Under the pieces are notes generated by a model. The model was not told the origin of the DNA. It saw only the letters and a program-made list of their open reading frames with translations, and made no database searches. From Magnetococcales bacterium WMHbin3 (lineage in GTDB: Bacteria > Pseudomonadota > Magnetococcia > Magnetococcales > Magnetaquicoccaceae): a stretch of 32,000 nt of DNA. A program made the position numbers and the translations under genes. The stretch covers positions 128,848 through 160,847 of the forward strand of contig PDZX01000001.1 in the NCBI GenBank assembly GCA_002753185.1, in the 5' to 3' direction. Position 1 is the stretch's first letter. Each line of letters begins with the position of its first letter. Shown in pieces: positions 25,139-32,000 of this stretch.

Positions 25139-25216
25139 CAATCCGGACGTGGCGATTGGCCAATCCGGACGCTTAGTGAAACCTGGTGGCTCGGCCTTTT
25201 GCCTGGTTCATTCGTG

Positions 25217-25726
25217 TCAATGAACGGGCAGAGGCTTGATCTTCATGAAAGAGATCACGCGATTTTTGACTTCTTCCAGTTCGTTGACGTTTTTTTCAGG
25301 GCCAGGCGTCTCGACAAAGAGAGGTTCTTCTTGTTCGTTCTGCTTGTGGATTTTCATGGAACGGGCCTGAAATACCTTCTCGAACAGTTTTTTGGGTTGT
25401 TCCCTGAGGTCTTCCACAAGGGTGTCGAGATCATGGCGCGCATCCATCATCGCCAGAAGGTTGTGGAGTTTCCGGTGGATCTCCGGAGATGCGTTATGAA
25501 AGACGATCTTGTGGTGTTCCGGGTTGATGGCGAAGAACAGTTGGAGAAACATACCCATGGATGAGGGTGCGATCTGCTGGACTTTGGCCAGTTCGAAATG
25601 CAGGGTGGTTTCTCCGGCGTTGCCGAGGTTCTCGATCAACCTGGAAAAGGTTCGATAGGAACGGAAGGTGATTTTTTTGCCCTTGAACCGGACGATCCAA
25701 TCGCGACCGGCGATATCGATGATCAT
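25217..25726 (-). CDS. hypothetical protein with a tentatively STAS-like N-terminal domain and a charged C-terminal tail
   Basis: Clean 169-aa ORF of intermediate G+C. The pattern IVRFKGKKITF...LHFELAKVQQIAPSSMGMFLQLF...KIVFHNASPEIHRKL resembles the anti-sigma-antagonist/STAS topology. Pattern match only. Confidence 0.55.
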   Translation of the reverse strand: MIIDIAGRDWIVRFKGKKITFRSYRTFSRLIENLGNAGETTLHFELAKVQQIAPSSMGMFLQLFFAINPEHHKIVFHNASPEIHRKLHNLLAMMDARHDLDTLVEDLREQPKKLFEKVFQARSMKIHKQNEQEEPLFVETPGPEKNVNELEEVKNRVISFMKIKPLPVH

Positions 25727-25957
25727 GGATGCCTCATGGCGGTCAGTCGGTCATTGATGCAGGCACTGCCGTAAGGAGTGTAACACACTGAGAAGGTGTG
25801 ATACAAATGATGATTTTTACGGCGGCATGGGTTGGTCCCAGGCGCCGCCAGTGGCGTCGTTCGCACATGCGAGACAGTTTTCCTTGCGCCCGCATGATTC
25901 ACCAGCACAGACTCACAACATGGGAGGCTCACGTCATGGGTGAGGCTGGATAAGTGA

Positions 25958-25971
25958 TACTCCAGACGCAA
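25958..25971 (+). repeat. 14-bp direct repeat TACTCCAGACGCAA (left copy) flanking the AT-rich HEPN-like cassette
   Basis: An identical 14-mer is found at 26819-26832. Together the two copies bracket the AT-rich block (about 25985-26815). Confidence 0.5.
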
Positions 25972-25992
25972 GGCGCAGCCGAACGGATATTA

Positions 25993-26712
25993 TCAATAAT
26001 TTTCCATCTCAGAATCATCAGGGTCGTCAATCACAACGTCCAAGTATTTATAAAATATGGGATTTATAATACAACTTTGTTCGCGAGATCGTAAAATTTT
26101 CCAGGCTTCTTTTTCAGGTGTGATGTGAGAAATCCAATCTCTAGGAAAGCCAAGCTCATCTAAAGCGTCATCTAAAGACTTTCCATTTCTATTGAAGTTG
26201 CTTTCTGTAAAATACCATTTTGGATCGACAATGTATTTAAATTTATCATAACAATCAAATATGATCAAAATTATTGATTTAAAATAATTTATACATGCCT
26301 GCTTTGCATTAATTAATTCACATCCATTATTGTCACCCATGTTTGGCACTAACAGTACATCTGATTGATCGTGATGCAATATCTGAGCAGCCAAATAAAG
26401 TTTAAGATACTCCAAAGGTACTTCATTATACGGATTTTCTCCTTTGTGAACGACAATATTCCTAATTTCAACAAAATATCTTGCTAATGGATCAAGATTA
26501 AGTTTTTCTCTGGCAATGGAGTACCACGTATCGAATCCATCAATCCCTTTCATGCTGGCCTGGAGAGCAAAGGTAACGCTTCTTGAGGCTGACACAAAAG
26601 CGCTGAAATAATATCTTACCTCAAAGTCATTTTTATTACACGCCTGGATTTTTTCAAGAAAAAACTCAGCTTCGTAAAGTTTATTTTCAACAACGCCAAA
26701 TGAACAAGCCAT
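25993..26712 (-). CDS. HEPN-like protein with a canonical RNxxxH motif (239 aa), putative RNase-type toxin or Abi effector
   Basis: A strongly AT-rich ORF in a GC-rich context. RNIVVH is encoded at 26446-26463 (minus strand). It is preceded by helices (LYEAEFFLEKI, YYFSAFVSASRSVTFAL) arranged as in Abi-type HEPN families. Confidence 0.75.
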   Translation of the reverse strand: MACSFGVVENKLYEAEFFLEKIQACNKNDFEVRYYFSAFVSASRSVTFALQASMKGIDGFDTWYSIAREKLNLDPLARYFVEIRNIVVHKGENPYNEVPLEYLKLYLAAQILHHDQSDVLLVPNMGDNNGCELINAKQACINYFKSIILIIFDCYDKFKYIVDPKWYFTESNFNRNGKSLDDALDELGFPRDWISHITPEKEAWKILRSREQSCIINPIFYKYLDVVIDDPDDSEMENY

Positions 26713-26791
26713 GGTGATTCCTAAATACTAATGAGATAATTAGTGCAAATATATGCTGAATTCATACTAATTTCAGAGAGTTTCGAGACGG

Positions 26792-26805
26792 GAATTCTAG
26801 AATTC
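26792..26805. promoter_or_regulatory. perfect 14-bp palindrome GAATTCTAGAATTC between hicB and the HEPN-like gene (possible operator)
   Basis: Read directly from the sequence. It lies in the 105-bp AT-rich spacer upstream of the 26712 start and downstream of the hicB stop. Confidence 0.3.
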
Positions 26806-26817
26806 TATTGGGCTGAC

Positions 26818-27210
26818 TTACTCCAGACGCAACGCGGCTTTCGCCGCGCGTGCCAGGAAGCCGGATCGACTCAAATGGTGCGCCTTGGCGTAATCATCGA
26901 TGCGCCGGACCAGGGGTTCAGGCAGCAAGATATTCAACCGCAACGCCTTGGGACGAATCCGGGCAGTGTCGATATCGACCAGCATCCAAACTCCTCCCTG
27001 GTACTCCTCCAGGGGGGTCAGCAACTCCAAGGCAGTGGGAAAAGGGATCTCCATGGACTCCCCGTCAAAGTGGACTTCCGCCGCCTCCTGGACCATGGCG
27101 GGAATCTCCTCCCAGCGATCCGCAGCAGAAAAGCATCCTGGGAAATCGGGAATGGTCACGCCGTGCGCGTGGTCATGGTTCCCTGGATGCACATAAACGG
27201 GATACAACAT
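26818..27210 (-). CDS. hicB: HicB-family antitoxin with a C-terminal ribbon-helix-helix (CopG-like) DNA-binding domain
   Basis: The N-terminus MLYPVYVHPGNHDHAHGVTIPDFPGCFSAADRWEE is typical of the HicB fold. The C-terminus RLNILLPEPLVRRIDDYAKAHHLSRSGFLARAA is RHH-like. GGAGG lies 5 nt upstream of the ATG at 27210, so I prefer that start to 27222. Confidence 0.85.
   Translation of the reverse strand: MLYPVYVHPGNHDHAHGVTIPDFPGCFSAADRWEEIPAMVQEAAEVHFDGESMEIPFPTALELLTPLEEYQGGVWMLVDIDTARIRPKALRLNILLPEPLVRRIDDYAKAHHLSRSGFLARAAKAALRLE
26819..26832 (+). repeat. 14-bp direct repeat TACTCCAGACGCAA (right copy, overlapping the hicB stop codon and last codons)
   Basis: Identical to 25958-25971. It includes two bases of the hicB TAA stop. 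Confidence 0.5.
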
Positions 27211-27243
27211 GGTCACCTCCATTCACCGCCCCGGCTGCACCGC

Positions 27244-27855
27244 TCACTCCCCGCCGCGTCCCAGCCGGACCCGTACCGCCTCCTCCTGCTCCATCTCCTC
27301 CAGGCGGATGTCCATCTCGTGGATGGCCTCGTCCAGTTCCGGCAGGATCACATCCTCCAGGGCGCGGGCGCGGCGTTCGGTGCGCTGGTATTCGGCCAGC
27401 AGACGATGCAGATTGCCGGAAAGGGCGGCCAACTCCGTGGCCTGGGACAACAACCGGGCAAAGGTGTCCCGGCAGGCCCGCCGCTCCTGAGAGGGCAGCA
27501 GCGCCATGAACGCAGGAGAGAGGGGTTCTCCCGGCAAGAGGCGTGGCAACTCCACCAAAGGCACGCCGAAAAAAATACGGTCGGAACGCTCGACGACCGC
27601 TCCGGCAAGCTCACGGGCCGGGGCCACCTGCATGCCATGCAACCCATGCCGGGTCACGGCGGCACGCATGGCTTCCGACGCCTCCTGGTGCGCACGCAGA
27701 TACCCCTCCTGCAACTCCTGAAAACGACCAGCCATCTTGATGATCTCCGAGGCCAGCAGCAACCGCTTTTCGTCCAGAAAACGATACCCCTCGCCCATCA
27801 CCAAGCGTTCGTCCCGGGTCTCCAGCAACGCGCTGCGGGTGGGGGAGATCTCCAT
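27244..27855 (-). CDS. atpD: V-type ATP synthase subunit D
   Basis: N-terminal PTRSALLETRDERLVMGEGYRFLDEKRLLL and C-terminal YQRTERRARALEDVILPELDEAI match the conserved subunit D pattern. It follows subunit B by 5 nt. Confidence 0.9.
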   Translation of the reverse strand: MEISPTRSALLETRDERLVMGEGYRFLDEKRLLLASEIIKMAGRFQELQEGYLRAHQEASEAMRAAVTRHGLHGMQVAPARELAGAVVERSDRIFFGVPLVELPRLLPGEPLSPAFMALLPSQERRACRDTFARLLSQATELAALSGNLHRLLAEYQRTERRARALEDVILPELDEAIHEMDIRLEEMEQEEAVRVRLGRGGE

Positions 27856-27860
27856 GGCGG

Positions 27861-29257
27861 TCAGCCGTCAGCAGCCGGCTTGCGCAGATAACGCTTGATC
27901 TGCTCGTCGGACAGGCGCGCCAGTTCGGTCTCCGGCAACCCCCGCAACAACTCCCAACCCACCGCCATGCTCTCCTCCAGGGTGCGCGCCCCGTCGGGCT
28001 GGGCGACGAAGCGGCTCTCGAACTGCTTGCCGAACTCCAGAAACAGCCGGTCGGTGGGGGTCAGCCCCTCGGCGCCCACCACCCCGGCCAGCAGCCGCAC
28101 CCCCATGGTCCGGGCATAGGCCGCGTACAACTGATTGGCCAACGCCGGGTGATCGGGATGGGTGAAACCTTCTCCGATGCCGTCCTTCATCAGGCGCGAC
28201 AGACTCGGCAGCACCCCGATGGGCGGATAGACCCCGGCCCGGTCCAGCTTGCGGTCCAGGGTGATCTGCCCCTCGGTGATGTAGCCGGTAAGATCCGGAA
28301 TCGGGTGGGTGATGTCGTCCGCCGGCATGGTCAGAATGGGAATCTGCGTCACCGAACCGGGCCGCCCCTGAATGCGGCCCGCCCGCTCGTACAAGGTGGC
28401 CAGATCGGAATACATGTAGCCCGGATACCCCTTGCGGCTGGGAATCTCGCCGTGACTGGCCGAAACCTCGCGCAACGCCTCGCAGTAGTTGGTCATGTCG
28501 GTGATGATCACCAGCACATGTCGCCCCTCGACATAGGCCAGGTACTCGGCGGCGGTCAGGGCAAAGCGCGGGGTCAGCAACCGCTGCGCGCTGGAATCCG
28601 AGGCCAGATTCAGGAACAACGCCGTATGCCCCAGGGCGCCACCCGCCTCCAGACTCTTGCGGAAGGCCTCGGCCTGATCGTACGGCACCCCGATCCCGGC
28701 AAAGACGATGGCGAACGGTTCGCTTTTTCCGGAGCGCAGCCGGGCATGCAGGGCGATGTCCACGGCCAGGCGATTGTGCGGCAGGCCGCCTCCGGAAAAG
28801 ATCGGCAGCTTCTGCCCCCGCACCAGACTGTCCAGGGTGTCGATGGCGGAGATCCCGGTTTCGATGAAATCCTCCGGCTTGGCACGCCGCATCGGGTTGA
28901 TGATCGCCCCGTCGATGGAGACCCGCGTCCGGGCGGCCACCGGCGGCCCGCCATCCAGAACCCGGCCCACCCCGTCGAACACCCGGCCCAGAATCCCCGG
29001 CCCCAACGAAAAGGTCACCGGCTCCCCAACGAAGCGGATCCGGGTGCCGGCCAGGGTCAGACCGGAGGTGGACTCCAGGGTTTCGATGGTCATGAACGCT
29101 TCGTCCACCGCCGCCACCCGGCCCAGCCGGACGCGGCCATCGGCCCCGATCACTTCCACCGCCTCGTTGAGGCCCACCTCCACCCGCCGCCGCGCGAACA
29201 CCAGCGGCCCCTCGATGCGGGTCACCGCATCCGCGCAAAAAAGATCCGCCTGCACGG

Positions 29258-29261
<4 letters not shown>
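27861..29261 (-). CDS. atpB: V-type ATP synthase subunit B
   Basis: Subunit B hallmarks are present (ISAIDTLDSLVRGQKLPIFSGGGLPHN, ITEGQITLDR, PPIGVLPSLSRLM). ATGA overlap with the atpA stop at 29258-29261. Confidence 0.95.
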
Positions 29262-31020
<1,759 letters not shown>

Positions 31021-31024
<4 letters not shown>

Positions 31025-31638
31025 TTCGACGCTCCCTCCGGTTGCAACAGCGCCAACAGCATGGCGTCGATGGCCATGCGGTCGGCCATCAGACCCGTTG
31101 CGGTCCCATCCACCCAGGCCCCCTGGCAGGCGATGCGCAGGCCCGCCGTCATCCCGGCCTCCTCGCGCGCCTCTGGATCGGGTCCGCCGGCCTGCCGCAA
31201 TTTTTCCCGCAGCGGATCGAGCGCCCCGCTCGCCAGTCCGGACGGATGCCACACCTCCCATTGCCCCGCCGGCAGGCATGCGAGGGCGCGTTCGGCAAGA
31301 CCCGCGATCCATGCGCGCTGGCTCTCCGGGTTTCTCCATCGCTCCAGCAGGGCGTTTTCCAGCAGCAGGCGTCCTTTCCGCAGTTGACGGTTGGCCACGT
31401 TCATGGCATGGCCGCGCAGTTCGGTCTCCTGTCGGGTTTGCGTCGCTTGCAGGGCCTGGCGCGCCATGCGCCGTTCCGCGAGGATGGCCTCGTGCATGCG
31501 CGCCCTGGCCTGACGATGGGCATCGGCGATCAGGGCGTCGGCCTCGGTGCGGGCCTGCGCGAGGATGCGGTCCTGCTGTTGGCGTTTTTTTTCTTCCACC
31601 AGGGCGAGCATGGCCGCCAGAGTCGGTGAGGTGTTCAT
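31021..31638 (-). CDS. atpE: V-type ATP synthase subunit E (peripheral stalk)
   Basis: 205 aa with an N-terminal Ala/Arg/Gln-rich coiled coil (ILAQARTEADALIADAHRQARARMHEAI) and a globular C-terminus. It lies directly upstream of atpA. The ATG at 31638 overlaps the upstream stop (ATGA at 31635-31638). Confidence 0.7.
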
Positions 31639-32000
31639 GCGGAGATCCCCATCCGGGCGCGCACCCGGTGCGTCAGGTCGAAGGCGGGGGCCGGGTCCGT
31701 CACTTCCGGGACCACCAGGGTCAGGGGTCGAAGCGAGACGAGCGCGCGCTCCAGCAGGGTCTGGGGCAGGCGATGCGCGCATGAGGTGGAGAGCAGCAGC
31801 AGTTCCGTGCCCCCGGACAGGTGGGCGAGGACCGTTGCCGCCTCTTCTCCCGGCGTGGGGGTGACGACCCGCGCTCCGGCCAGGCGCCAGCCCGCCGCGC
31901 TCGCCTCGTCGCCGATGAAGACCGGGGAGAGTACGCGGACGACGAGCCGGTCTTGACCCTGCGCGACGGCCAGGGCCGCAACCTTCAGGTGGCCATGAGC
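31635..32000 (-). CDS. atpF: V-type ATP synthase subunit F (frame open to the window edge; only 31635-31922 looks F-like)
   Basis: My translation of the minus strand gives VFIGDEASAAGWRLAGARVV...ELLLLSTSCAHRL...PLTLVVPE, matching the subunit F pattern (IGD..GFrLaG...ilit...P.vv.iP). No in-frame ATG, GTG or TTG exists between 31923 and 32000. That part is the antisense of a duplicated atpA fragment. Confidence 0.6.
   Translation of the reverse strand, partial: AHGHLKVAALAVAQGQDRLVVRVLSPVFIGDEASAAGWRLAGARVVTPTPGEEAATVLAHLSGGTELLLLSTSCAHRLPQTLLERALVSLRPLTLVVPEVTDPAPAFDLTHRVRARMGISA
31923..32000. repeat. right arm of the inverted repeat (inverted atpA fragment, truncated by the window end)
   Basis: The plus strand here reads the atpA sense sequence (RGEYADDEPVLTLRDGQGRNLQVAMS). 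Identity runs to the last base of the window, so the true length is unknown. Confidence 0.95.

Noticed and set aside
25723-25971. 82-aa minus-strand ORF (TTG start) that begins inside the left 14-bp repeat copy
   Set aside because: It looked like a possible displaced hicB 3' extension. However, HicB-RHH proteins normally end where the current stop is, and the peptide has no motif.

Overview
This is a GC-rich bacterial chromosomal segment. The gene content looks Proteobacteria-like, but I cannot name the organism from sequence alone. Ordinary signalling and bioenergetic operons are interrupted by three patches that are visibly AT-richer, and each patch encodes conflict/defence-type domains.

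From left to right:
1. The 3' part of a NACHT/STAND NTPase with a HEAT-repeat C-terminus. Its last third is AT-rich.
2. A minus-strand operon (HlyD, HlyD, M50-peptidase/HlyD fusion, TPR/GT41 glycosyltransferase). It is physically split by an insertion of about 3.4 kb (about 6590-10049).
3. On the opposite strand, that insertion encodes a translationally coupled gene pair. One gene is a 147-aa HEPN-like protein. The other is an 885-aa protein with two different P-loop modules: a ParA/MinD-like module with an RGGVGRS loop, and a module with GRKGTGKT and ILIMDGLD motifs. I do not recognise this pair as a named system, and I rate it the best candidate for an undescribed defence system in the window.
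4. An operon encoding a periplasmic-binding-protein-fused pentameric ligand-gated ion channel, an MCP-like protein and a thioredoxin-like 2Fe-2S ferredoxin.
5. A Nudix hydrolase, two tandem paralogous hybrid histidine kinases and a PilZ-like ORF.
6. An AT-rich single-gene cassette encoding an RNxxxH HEPN-like protein, next to a solo HicB antitoxin.
7. V-type ATPase genes in the order F-E-A-B-D.

The right window edge carries a perfect 78-bp inverted copy of an internal atpA segment, directly abutting atpF. I recognised no rRNA, tRNA, CRISPR array, transposase or integrase. All functional calls rest on motif and pattern recognition by eye, because no database search was possible.
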